From Reclinomonas americana ATCC 50394 (lineage: Eukaryota), in the NCBI GenBank assembly GCA_048213135.1, contig PS015181.1:1-64000 (forward strand): a stretch of 64,000 bases of DNA. The letters are read 5' to 3'. The notes below the pieces were generated by a model that had not been told where the DNA came from, ran no database searches, and was given only the letters and a program-made list of their open reading frames with translations. Shown here piece by piece: positions 10,581-27,018 of this stretch; within the stretch, counting starts at the first letter, position 1, and every line of letters begins with the position of its first letter. A program made the position numbers and the translations under genes.

Positions 10581-11669
10581 ATGTCATCTGCGCCTCTCTC
10601 CTGCAAGATCCTTCGCGGACACACTCACTTTGTTTGGTGTGTCGCCATCACTCCCGATGGCATGCACGTGGTCAGTGGCGGCAACGACAAGACCGTTCGT
10701 GTGTGGTCCATGGCGAGTGGCGAGGAACTGCAGCGGCTGGAGGGGCACTCGTCTTCCGTAGTGTGTGTAGCCATCACTCCCAGCGGCATGCACGTTGTGA
10801 GTGGGAGCAGCGACAACACAGTGCGAGTATGGTCACTCGCGAGTGGAGAGGAACTGCGGCGGTTCGAGGGACACACAGATGTGGTGTGGTCTGTCGCCGT
10901 TTCTCCCGATGGTCAGTACGTTGTGAGTGGGAGTAGAGACAGCACAGTGCGAATTTGGCTCTTGGCGAGTGGCGAGGAAGTGAGACGGTTGGAGGGACAC
11001 ACTGCCATGAACTCGGTTGCTGTAACTCTTGATAATCAGCACGTTGTTAGTGCTGGCGATGACAGCACCGTGAGAGTGTGGTCGATGGCGAGTGGCGAAG
11101 AAGTGCGACGGCTGGAGGGACACAGTAGTACAGTGTGGTCAGTGGCCGTCACCCCCGACAGTCGACACATTGTGAGTGGGAGCTGGGACAAGACTGTGCG
11201 AGTGTGGTCGCTGGAGAGCGGAGAAGAGTTGCGACGGCTGGTTGGGCACGCCAGATGGTTGCAGTCTGTCGCCGTCACTCCCAATGGACAGCATGTGGTG
11301 AGTGGCACTTCTGACGGCACCGCACGAGTGTGGTCTCTAGCAAGCGGAGAGGAGGTGCAACGGTTAGAAGGACATGACAAGGCAGTGTCGTGTGTCGCCG
11401 TCTCCCGCTGCGGCCAGCACATTGTCAGCGGCAGCGGCGACAAAACTGTGCGAGTGTGGTCCTCGCCATGTGGCGTCGCTCGACTCGAGCTCGATGTGGC
11501 TCGGTTGGCCATGCGCGCAGTTCAGGAGATGCAGCGTGAGGCGATGATGGAGGAGGAGGAAGAACTGGATTCTCGGTGCCTGCCAGAGATGGTTCTTCGT
11601 TGTTTCATTGTCGAGGACGCAGCTGTCGTTCTTCATCGGTGTCGCAGTGATCCTCGGTTGTGCATGTGA
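10581..11669 (+). CDS. Intronless 7xWD40 + conserved-tail protein, copy E (362 aa)
   Basis: Seven repeats plus tail, single ORF. Confidence 0.95.
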   Translation: MSSAPLSCKILRGHTHFVWCVAITPDGMHVVSGGNDKTVRVWSMASGEELQRLEGHSSSVVCVAITPSGMHVVSGSSDNTVRVWSLASGEELRRFEGHTDVVWSVAVSPDGQYVVSGSRDSTVRIWLLASGEEVRRLEGHTAMNSVAVTLDNQHVVSAGDDSTVRVWSMASGEEVRRLEGHSSTVWSVAVTPDSRHIVSGSWDKTVRVWSLESGEELRRLVGHARWLQSVAVTPNGQHVVSGTSDGTARVWSLASGEEVQRLEGHDKAVSCVAVSRCGQHIVSGSGDKTVRVWSSPCGVARLELDVARLAMRAVQEMQREAMMEEEEELDSRCLPEMVLRCFIVEDAAVVLHRCRSDPRLCM

Positions 11670-11905
11670 GGTGTTCGCCTGATCGCTGCATTGTGTCTTG
11701 TGCTGGTAGCTGTGGTCGACAGACTTCGAGCAGCCAGTTTCCGTGGACCGACCGGCTCCGTTGTATTTATTGTTTGCTGTTCGTAATGTGAGTGCGTGCG
11801 AGAAGAGTCGCTGGTGTGCGTGCGCGCACTTTCTCACCCCCCACTCATTCTATTGTGTGCATGTATGTCGCCACAGCTGCGCAACTTTCTCATACTCAAA
11901 CAAAC

Positions 11906-12247
11906 ATGGGCGGAGGAGGAGGACACCATCACAGCTGGCACTACACGCCGCCGCCGGTCGTGCACACTATGTTGCGTCTCACACGACGCTGCGAGGACTC
12001 AGCGACAAGATAGCAGTGTCACTGACTACTTCAAGACCACCACAGTTCGCCGCACATCACCGTCGCCGGTCAGAACATCCACACGGTACGTGGTACTGAT
12101 CACGCGAGCTCGAGGTGTTTTGTTCGACCCACGCACTTCTCACACTCGTGTCTTGCGGTTTCCTCCCCATATGCATCGTAGACCGTGTCGGAGATGCGCC
12201 AGGAGATGCCGGATGAGAGCTTTGAGCACGGGGCCGGCGGGCTCTAG
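11906..12247 (+). CDS. Micropeptide copy 2, 56 aa: MGGGGGHHHSWHYTPPPVVHTISPHITVAGQNIHTTVSEMRQEMPDESFEHGAGGL
   Basis: Exons 11906-11970, 12046-12085, 12182-12247. Confidence 0.88.
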
Positions 12248-12665
12248 ATCTGAGGAGTTCCAGTGATACACCGCAACTCAGCGCGTGGTGGAAGTCCCGT
12301 TATCTGTGCGTATCATGGTGGCGGAATGAAAGGCGGTGATCGCGCTGCACTCTCGCACCAGCTGCAGCTGCAGGTTATATAGGGCGGATGCCTTGCAAAT
12401 CAACAAGCATGTCGCCACTTCGAGTTCACGTGAGGGAACGACGAGAGAAATCGCCCCAGATCGTGCACACCGGTCATAGAAGCAACAACAGCTGTGGAGT
12501 CCACCAGCGAAGGCGCGCGAAGGTCTCGCTTTTCAATGCATGACGACAAGAGGACATTCTTCTCAGTCACAAGGTCGGTGTGTGTGTGCGAGAAGAGTCG
12601 CGTTCTACTCTCACTGCTCATCGTGACCACCACAGTCTTCTTCCACACACACACACCACACAAAC

Positions 12666-12990
12666 ATGGGCGGAGGAGGAGGCCACCACCATCATCACCA
12701 CTACACACCGCCGCCAGTCGTGCACACCATGTTACGTCCAAACTCACACACAGAGAGAGAGATAACAAAGAAAGTGGAGCATTAACACACGTACACACAG
12801 CTCGCCGCACATCACTGTCGCCGGCCAGAACATTCACACGGTGAGTTTGTAACATGCATGTTCGAAAATCAGCAACAGCACTTCTCATCGCTTTTTGTTT
12901 GTTGTTTGTGTTGTCATGTTATAGACGGTGTCTGAGATGCGCCAGGAGATGCCGGATGAGCACGACGACGGTCTTGGAGGCGGGCTCTAA
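12666..12990 (+). CDS. Micropeptide copy 3, 56 aa: MGGGGGHHHHHHYTPPPVVHTISPHITVAGQNIHTTVSEMRQEMPDEHDDGLGGGL
   Basis: Exons 12666-12730, 12801-12840, 12925-12990. Confidence 0.88.
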
Positions 12991-13359
12991 CACGCAGAAA
13001 GTGTTGTGCAGCGTATAAGCAGCAAAATGAAATGACGACTGTGCGTGCGCGTGCAAGTTGAGCAACGCAGGGAAACAGAGCATGAGAGAGATAGGCGAGT
13101 GGTTATCCGACAAAAAAAGGTCGACATTTTGCATGTGAGTGAGGTAGTGCGAGACTTCTCGCGTCCGCTTTTCTCGCACTCGACCAACCAACGTTTTTGC
13201 TTCCTCGCCTGCGCACAGGTGACCTCCTCCATCTCCTCTTGTGTTGTTGTGTTGCGCTTATCATGCTCACTGACACTGTGCGTGTGTGTGTGCACAGCGG
13301 CATTCTCCACACACTCTCCTCACTCTCTCTCTTTTACCTTTCTTCTCCTCACATAAGAA

Positions 13360-14363
13360 ATGGGCGGCGGCGGCGGCGGCGGTGGATACCATGCTCCTCC
13401 TCCTCCTCCAGTGGTGCACACAATGTTGCGCTTCTTTGCACGCGCGTGTGTGTGTCACTGTGTGTGTCTTATCAATATACTCGACTTGCAGCTCCCCGCA
13501 CATCACGGTGGCGGGCCAGAACATCCACACGGTGAGTGTACACACTCTCGCATGCACGCACGCATGTTATGAGTGCACGTTTTGCCAACTTGCATTCTCA
13601 CACTTCTTCTCACACTCACTCTCGCGGCTCTTGTGTCTGTGTTTGTGTGTCTCTCTCTCTTGTCATGGTACACACTGGCGCAAGTTGTGCACACATCTGC
13701 TTCTGTTTCACTCACATTCTCACACTTCTTCTAACACTCCTCCCGTACTCTCCGTGTGTCTCTTATCTCTCAAATCGCAATCTCACACTTCTCACACTCA
13801 CACTCCGCCCTTCGCTCTCCGTGTCTGTGTGTGTGTGTCTCTTGGCACGGTACATACAGGCGCAAGTTGTGCACACAACTGCTTCTCTCTCTCTTCCCTT
13901 CTCACACGGACTCACACATGCTCTACGCCCGTCACTCTCCGCCTTTGTGTCATGGCACACAAGCGCACGTGCATTCGTGTCTGCTTCTCTTTTCACTCTC
14001 ATTCTCGCACTTCCCTTCTCGCACTCTCCTCCCTTCTCTCCGTGTCTGTGCTCTTATCTCTCTTTCTCGCTTCCTCTCACTCTCCTCCCTTCTGTTCCCG
14101 TGTCTGTGTCTCTGTTGTCATGGCATACAAACGCACGTGCATTCTTGGTTGCGTTGCACACAACTTTCATTCTCACTCATTCTCGCACTTGCTTTCACTC
14201 ACTTTCCTCCGTGTCTCTCGTCATGTGCACACCAGCGTGCAAGATGATTCTCTTCCACTCACAATCCCTTTTCTTCTTCTTCTTCTTCTTCTCGCAGACT
14301 GTGCACGAGATGCGCGAGGAAATGCCTGACGAAGCAGTCGGCGGAGAGCACGGAGGGCTCTAA
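13360..14363 (+). CDS. Micropeptide copy 4, 56 aa: MGGGGGGGGYHAPPPPPVVHTISPHITVAGQNIHTTVHEMREEMPDEAVGGEHGGL
   Basis: Exons 13360-13424, 13492-13531, 14298-14363. Confidence 0.88.
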
Positions 14364-14878
14364 ACCGGCAAGGAAACAAGGAGGAGAGCTGGTCTCTGTT
14401 CTCTCTGAAGGCCTTTTCTCCAGGCTTCGTTTTTTCTCTTGCGGTGCTTCCGCTGCGGTAGTAAAACTGTAGTGTGACTTGTCACAGTGGTGCCACGGGG
14501 CGGGGAAGCAAACAGAAATAGGTGTCCCTCCTCCCTCTGCTTATCTGTAATTCCTTCTCCTATTCCTTTGAGCTGCAAGCCATTTCCTGCAGAGTGGCAT
14601 TCCTTCGTCTCCTTCAACTCATTCTGTCTTCCACCTACCTCCCTTTTTCTTCCAAGTCTCTCGCTTCTCAACATCCTCTTTTCTCTTTTTGCTCCCCTTC
14701 TCTAGCAACTGAGAAACATGGGAGTTGCACCTGCACTTCTCCTTCATCAGGCGCTCCTTCTCGATTTCACTTCCTTCATCTTCTTCCTCTCCTCCTCAAT
14801 GCAGCACCAAGATTGCCGAGTGGAGAAGAACCGACATACGAGGAGACGGGACGCACTCTCCTCTGAAGCTTGTCCTGC

Positions 14879-20770
<5,892 letters not shown>

Positions 20771-21582
20771 NNNNNNNNNNNNNNNNNNNNNNNNNNNNNN
20801 NNNNNNNNNNNNNNNNNNNNNNNNNNNNNNNNNNNNNNNNNNNNNNNNNNNNNNNNNNNNNNNNNNNNNNNNNNNNNNNNNNNNNNNNNNNNNNNNNNNN
20901 NNNNNNNNNNNNNNNNNNNNNNNNNNNNNNNNNNNNNNNNNNNNNNNNNNNNNNNNNNNNNNNNNNNNNNNNNNNNNNNNNNNNNNNNNNNNNNNNNNNN
21001 NNNNNNNNNNNNNNNNNNNNNNNNNNNNNNNNNNNNNNNNNNNNNNNNNNNNNNNNNNNNNNNNNNNNNNNNNNNNNNNNNNNNNNNNNNNNNNNNNNNN
21101 NNNNNNNNNNNNNNNNNNNNNNNNNNNNNNNNNNNNNNNNNNNNNNNNNNNNNNNNNNNNNNNNNNNNNNNNNNNNNNNNNNNNNNNNNNNNNNNNNNNN
21201 NNNNNNNNNNNNNNNNNNNNNNNNNNNNNNNNNNNNNNNNNNNNNNNNNNNNNNNNNNNNNNNNNNNNNNNNNNNNNNNNNNNNNNNNNNNNNNNNNNNN
21301 NNNNNNNNNNNNNNNNNNNNNNNNNNNNNNNNNNNNNNNNNNNNNNNNNNNNNNNNNNNNNNNNNNNNNNNNNNNNNNNNNNNNNNNNNNNNNNNNNNNN
21401 NNNNNNNNNNNNNNNNNNNNNNNNNNNNNNNNNNNNNNNNNNNNNNNNNNNNNNNNNNNNNNNNNNNNNNNNNNNNNNNNNNNNNNNNNNNNNNNNNNNN
21501 NNNNNNNNNNNNNNNNNNNNNNNNNNNNNNNNNNNNNNNNNNNNNNNNNNNNNNNNNNNNNNNNNNNNNNNNNNNNNNNNNN

Positions 21583-21828
21583 ATCACTGCTCCCACTAAT
21601 AATGTGACGACCATCAGGAGTGATGGCAACTGAAGTCACCCAGTCAGTGTGCCCCTCCAATCGCCGCACTTCGTGCGCACTCGCCAGCGACCACACTCTC
21701 ACAGTGCGATCACCACTCCCACTCACGACGTGCTGCCCATCTGGAGTCACGGCGATGGACCACACAATAGAGAAGTGTCCGCACAGACACTTGCAGAAAA
21801 CAGAAGCCGGAGAAGCAGCTGCGGTCAT
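21583..21828 (-). CDS. WD40 family protein, copy F (only 5' part visible)
   Basis: MTAAASPASVFCKCLCGHFSIVWSIAVTPDGQHVVSGSGDRTVRVWS..., closely similar to the copy G start, then runs into a gap. Confidence 0.82.
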
Positions 21829-22007
21829 GGCGTGCGTGGATTAGATACGTAGTGTCTTGAGCGAGGAGGACGAATTCTGATGCATTCTTTGTTGGTGAAG
21901 TTACCAGGGGCGTCAGAACCACACGGCGGACCACATACAATCTCTTTACTTCAGGGTGATGGCGACAGGAAACCGTGGAGATGAGAGAAAAACACAAGAC
22001 TGGTGAG

Positions 22008-23096
22008 TCACAGTCGGAGACTCTCATTCATGGCGCAGCGGTGAATAACGACGGCCGCCTCTTCGACAATGAAGCAGCGCAGCACCATCTCTGGCAGACA
22101 GCGTGAGTCCGGCTCTTCCTCTTCCCTCTTCTCGCGCTGCATCTCTTGGACAGCACGCATGGCCGATCGAGCCACTTCAAGCTCCAGTCGAGCAAGGCCG
22201 AATATTGTGGACCACACTCGCAATGTCTTGTCGGCACCGCCACTCACAATGTGCTGGCCATCGGGAGTGACAACGATTGAGTGCACCCAGTCATTGTGTC
22301 CCTCCAGCCGTCGCACCTCTTCTCCACTTGCCAGCGACCACACTCGCAAGCTGTTGTCGTTACTCCCACTCACAACGTACTTCCCGTCGGGAGTGACAGC
22401 GACTGCTTGAACTGTGTCAGCGTGCCCATTCAACCGTCGCACATCCCTGCCACTTGCCAGTGACCACACACGTATTGTTCGGTCCCTGCCTCCACTCACC
22501 ACATGCTGACCATCTGGTGTGCTAGCGACACAGTGCACCGGCTGAATGTGCCCCCTCAGTCGTCGCACTTCTTCGCCACTCGCCAGGGACCATACATGCA
22601 CACTTCCGTCTCGACTGGCACTCAAGACATGCTTGCCATCGGGGGTGACGGTGACCTCGCTCGCATGTGCCTCAAACCGTCGCACTTCCTTTCCATTCGC
22701 CAGTGACCACACACGCACTGTACCGTCGTCGCTCGCGCTAACAACGTGTTGACTGTCGGGAGTGACAGCAACAGACACCACCCCCCAGGTGTGTCCCTTC
22801 AGCCGTCGAACTTCTCGTCCACTTGCCAGAGACCACACTCGCACTGCTTCATCATCACTGCCGCTCACGATGTACTGCCCGTCGGGGGTGACAGCGACAG
22901 AGCGCACCCAGTCAGTGTGCCCCTCCAACCGTTGCACTACATGTCCACTCGCCAGCGACCACACTCTCACAGTGTGATCAGCACTCCCACTGATCACGTA
23001 ACGACTATCAGGAGTGACGGCGACGGACCACACAGTAGTGGAGTGCCCATACAGACACTTGCTGAAGAGAGCAGGCGGAGAAGCAGCTGCGGTCAT
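22008..23096 (-). CDS. Intronless 7xWD40 + conserved-tail protein, copy G
   Basis: MTAAASPPALFSK, seven repeats, then LARLELEVARSAMRAVQEMQRE...PDSRCLPEMVLRCFIVEEAAVV. Confidence 0.93.
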   Translation of the reverse strand: MTAAASPPALFSKCLYGHSTTVWSVAVTPDSRYVISGSADHTVRVWSLASGHVVQRLEGHTDWVRSVAVTPDGQYIVSGSDDEAVRVWSLASGREVRRLKGHTWGVVSVAVTPDSQHVVSASDDGTVRVWSLANGKEVRRFEAHASEVTVTPDGKHVLSASRDGSVHVWSLASGEEVRRLRGHIQPVHCVASTPDGQHVVSGGRDRTIRVWSLASGRDVRRLNGHADTVQAVAVTPDGKYVVSGSNDNSLRVWSLASGEEVRRLEGHNDWVHSIVVTPDGQHIVSGGADKTLRVWSTIFGLARLELEVARSAMRAVQEMQREKREEEEPDSRCLPEMVLRCFIVEEAAVVIHRCAMNESLRL

Positions 23097-23302
23097 GGCG
23101 TGCGTCGAGTGTAGGATCGTGTGTAGTGTGTCCTTGAACTTGGAGGACGATCTCCCTTCTTCGCCACATCGTTGTCGAGCGCGTGACGTGGTAGGTGCAG
23201 TCTGTAATACTGCAGCAGGCTTCCAACCGCAAAGCACCCGAGCTTGCCTGGCCCCCCACACACGCGCGTGCGTCCACATTCAACTCGACGTCGTCTCCGT
23301 CG

Positions 23303-24639
23303 ATGTCATCCGTTCCCCCTCTCCACTGCAGCGTTCTCCGCGGGCACGCGGGTTNNNNNNNNNNNNNNNNNNNNNNNNNNNNNNNNNNNNNNNNNNNNNN
23401 NNNNNNNNNNNNNNNNNNNNNNNNNNNNNNNNNNNNNNNNNNNNNNNNNNNNNNNNNNNNNNNNNNNNNNNNNNNNNNNNNNNNNNNNNNNNNNNNNNNN
23501 NNNNNNNNNNNNNNNNNNNNNNNNNNNNNNNNNNNNNNNNNNNNNNNNNNNNNNNNNNNNNNNNNNNNNNNNNNNNNNNNNNNNNNNNNNNNNNNNNNNN
23601 NNNNNNNNNNNNNNNNNNNNNNNNNNNNNNNNNNNNNNNNNNNNNNNNNNNNNNNNNNNNNNNNNNNNNNNNNNNNNNNNNNNNNNNNNNNNNNNNNNNN
23701 NNNNNNNNNNNNNNNNNNNNNNNNNNNNNNNNNNNNNNNNNNNNNNNNNNNNNNNNNNNNNNNNNNNNNNNNNNNNNNNNNNNNNNNNNNNNNNNNNNNN
23801 NNNNNNNNNNNNNNNNNNNNNNNNNNNNNNNNNNNNNNNNNNNNNNNNNNNNNNNNNNNNNNNNNNNNNNNNNNNNNNNNNNNNNNNNNNNNNNNNNNNN
23901 NNNNNNNNNNNNNNNNNNNNNNNNNNNNNNNNNNNNNNNNNNNNNNNNNNNNNNNNNNNNNNNNNNNNNNNNNNNNNNNNNNNNNNNNNNNNNNNNNNNN
24001 NNNNNNNNNNNNNNNNNNNNNNNNNNNNNNNNNNNNNNNNNNNNNNNNNNNNNNNNNNNNNNNNNNNNNNNNNNNNNNNNNNNNNNNNNNNNNNNNNNNN
24101 NNNNNNNNNNNNNNNNNNNNNNNNNNACGCACGTGGTGTGCGGCGGCCGTAACGGGGCGATACGATTTCGATCACTGGCAAGTGGCAAGGATGTGTGGCA
24201 GCAGGTGTCGGGACCCGCTCACTGGGTGAAAAGCGTGGTCGTCTCCCCCAACGGCCTGTACGTGGTGAGTGGAAGCGAAGACAAGACAGTGCGGTTGTGG
24301 TCGTTGGCGAGTGGCGATCAAGTGCAGCTTCTGGAGGGACACACCAGCTGGGTGCAGTCTGTTGCCATCTCGTCGGATGCTCAACACGTGGTCAGTGGCA
24401 GCTGGGACACCACTGTACGTGTGTGGTCTTCTCCATGTGGCCTCGCGCGCCTCGAACATGACACGGCACGGGCGGCCATGCATGCCGTCCAACAAATGCA
24501 GCTGGCGACTGAAGACGAAGAAGAGGACCGAGTGCCGGATTCGCGCTGTCTCCCAGAGATGGTGCTTCGTTGCTTCTTGGTCGAGGAGGCAGCGGTTGTG
24601 GTGTACCGCAGTCAATGCGATCCGCGGCTGTGCTTGTGA
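23303..24639 (+). CDS. WD40 + conserved-tail protein, copy H (middle in gap)
   Basis: MSSVPPLHCSVLRGH before the gap; WD40 repeats and PDSRCLPEMVLRCFLVEEAAVV after it. Could be parts of two genes. Confidence 0.8.
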
Positions 24640-24830
24640 GCTTGATGGGCGAGTGAATGTAACGAGAGACACGAATCAAGCAATCTCTCCGTAGTTCAAC
24701 ACATCATCATCATCATCACAACACATCAGGAGGGGATAGCGTCGATAGAGCGAGTGTCGTACGATGCTGGCCGAGCAGAGGACGGAGAAGAAAACAGGCG
24801 GCTGATGCACACGCGGGCAGTTACCGGTGT

Positions 24831-25752
24831 TCACGAGTACGAGACAAGCTCGACCTCGAAGATCAGCGTCGCGTTGGCCGGAATGACTGGAGGGTAACCA
24901 CGAGCACTGCAAACACACACACACAGAATGAGAATGCAAGCGATGCGGAGGGAGGACAAGCGAGCACCACATGCTCACCCGTAGCTGCCAGAGGTCGCAG
25001 GAAACACACACACAACTCATGTGAGCCAGACCGACGCATTTCGAAGGTTCACAGGAGACGCAACGCATAGTCGGGGCTGCAGGTGAGCTTGGCGGTCTCG
25101 CCGACCGACATCTGCGCCACACCCTCGTCCCATCCCTTGATGACCTGCACAGCAACACACCAGTCACACACAAAAAGCAGACACCGACAATGACAACTCG
25201 CTGTCCGACGAACCTGGCCAGCACCGAGCGTGAACTCAAAGTGACGGCCTGCAAATTACATCAGTCGACCATGCTTGCAACTCACACACACGACAAGGCA
25301 CACTCACCGCGATCGCGCGACGAGTCGAACTGCGCAGGTGCGAAAAAAAAAAAAGGAGCGGTCACAACGTTGCAATTCCTCACACGAATTTGAGTGTGAG
25401 TGTGGCTTACCTTGGTGCCATTGGTCAGCGTGCCCACGTAGTGCACCTTGACCTTGGAGCCGCTCTTGGGCTTGTCACCGTTGCCTGTTGGTGAGCACAT
25501 AGTGAGCGATTCGCCATGTCCTTGTTCTCCTTCTCACGCTCTCTCTATTTTTCTCTCTCTCGCCACGCACCAGCCTTGATGGTCTCGACCTCCACGCCCT
25601 GTGTGCACACGCGTGTGAGTGACAAGTCGCGCGCGCCATTTCCTCCATCAGACAGAAATACACATTGTTTTGCAACGCGCAGCGACACAGGCTCGTGCGA
25701 CACCATGCATGTACGCAGACACAGAAGAAGCAACGGGGGATCAACGCACCAT
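24831..25752 (-). CDS. FKBP12: FKBP12-type peptidyl-prolyl isomerase (7 exons)
   Basis: [107 protein letters not shown]. The ATG exon is placed by best donor match. Confidence 0.95.
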
Positions 25753-25957
25753 GATAACAACAAACAAATGTGTGTGCGTAGCGCGAGCGCGTCTGTCCTC
25801 TGTCCTCATTATTTCGCGCGCGCTCATCAAAAGCGAAGTGAGCCTGCACGCAGCACGCAGCACAGCAGCCTCGTTTCGCGTTGCGCGTGCGTCTGCATCC
25901 CTTCCTCTCCCTCTCTTTCCCGTTTGATTTCGTCGTTTTTGTGCGTGCGCGGTGAAA

Positions 25958-26175
25958 ATGTCGCAAGCACCCTCGTCGTCTTCGTGGGGCGCCTCACGCG
26001 GATCGCAACACACGCTCGGTGTCGATGAGCTTCTTCGCAAGCACAATCGCCAACGCACCATTGTGACCACCACCACGACCACTACCACAGCATCGCAACA
26101 ACAGCAACAGCAACAACAGCATCAGCAGCAGCAGAGCAATGGTGGCTTCCCGTTGCTTCCACTGGACTCGCAATC
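25958..26175 (+). CDS. Low-complexity first exon, possibly the N-terminus of the downstream kinesin
   Basis: ATG-initiated ORF MSQAPSSSSWGASRG... with poly-T and poly-Q, divergent from FKBP12, running into a gap. Confidence 0.5.
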
Positions 26176-27018
26176 NNNNNNNNNNNNNNNNNNNNNNNNN
26201 NNNNNNNNNNNNNNNNNNNNNNNNNNNNNNNNNNNNNNNNNNNNNNNNNNNNNNNNNNNNNNNNNNNNNNNNNNNNNNNNNNNNNNNNNNNNNNNNNNNN
26301 NNNNNNNNNNNNNNNNNNNNNNNNNNNNNNNNNNNNNNNNNNNNNNNNNNNNNNNNNNNNNNNNNNNNNNNNNNNNNNNNNNNNNNNNNNNNNNNNNNNN
26401 NNNNNNNNNNNNNNNNNNNNNNNNNNNNNNNNNNNNNNNNNNNNNNNNNNNNNNNNNNNNNNNNNNNNNNNNNNNNNNNNNNNNNNNNNNNNNNNNNNNN
26501 NNNNNNNNNNNNNNNNNNNNNNNNNNNNNNNNNNNNNNNNNNNNNNNNNNNNNNNNNNNNNNNNNNNNNNNNNNNNNNNNNNNNNNNNNNNNNNNNNNNN
26601 NNNNNNNNNNNNNNNNNNNNNNNNNNNNNNNNNNNNNNNNNNNNNNNNNNNNNNNNNNNNNNNNNNNNNNNNNNNNNNNNNNNNNNNNNNNNNNNNNNNN
26701 NNNNNNNNNNNNNNNNNNNNNNNNNNNNNNNNNNNNNNNNNNNNNNNNNNNNNNNNNNNNNNNNNNNNNNNNNNNNNNNNNNNNNNNNNNNNNNNNNNNN
26801 NNNNNNNNNNNNNNNNNNNNNNNNNNNNNNNNNNNNNNNNNNNNNNNNNNNNNNNNNNNNNNNNNNNNNNNNNNNNNNNNNNNNNNNNNNNNNNNNNNNN
26901 NNNNNNNNNNNNNNNNNNNNNNNNNNNNNNNNNNNNNNNNNNNNNNNNNNNNNNNNNNNNNNNNNNNNNNNNNNNNNNNNNNNNNNNNNNNNNNNNNNNN
27001 NNNNNNNNNNNNNNNNNN

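Noticed and set aside
4692-11669. CRISPR-like array or NLR (NACHT-WD40) gene
   Set aside because: The 126-bp periodicity is protein repeat coding, and the complete copies start directly at the propeller with no NACHT/NB-ARC domain.
12681-12701. His6 as vector contamination
   Set aside because: Embedded in a native three-exon paralogue; the sister copy has HHHSWH.
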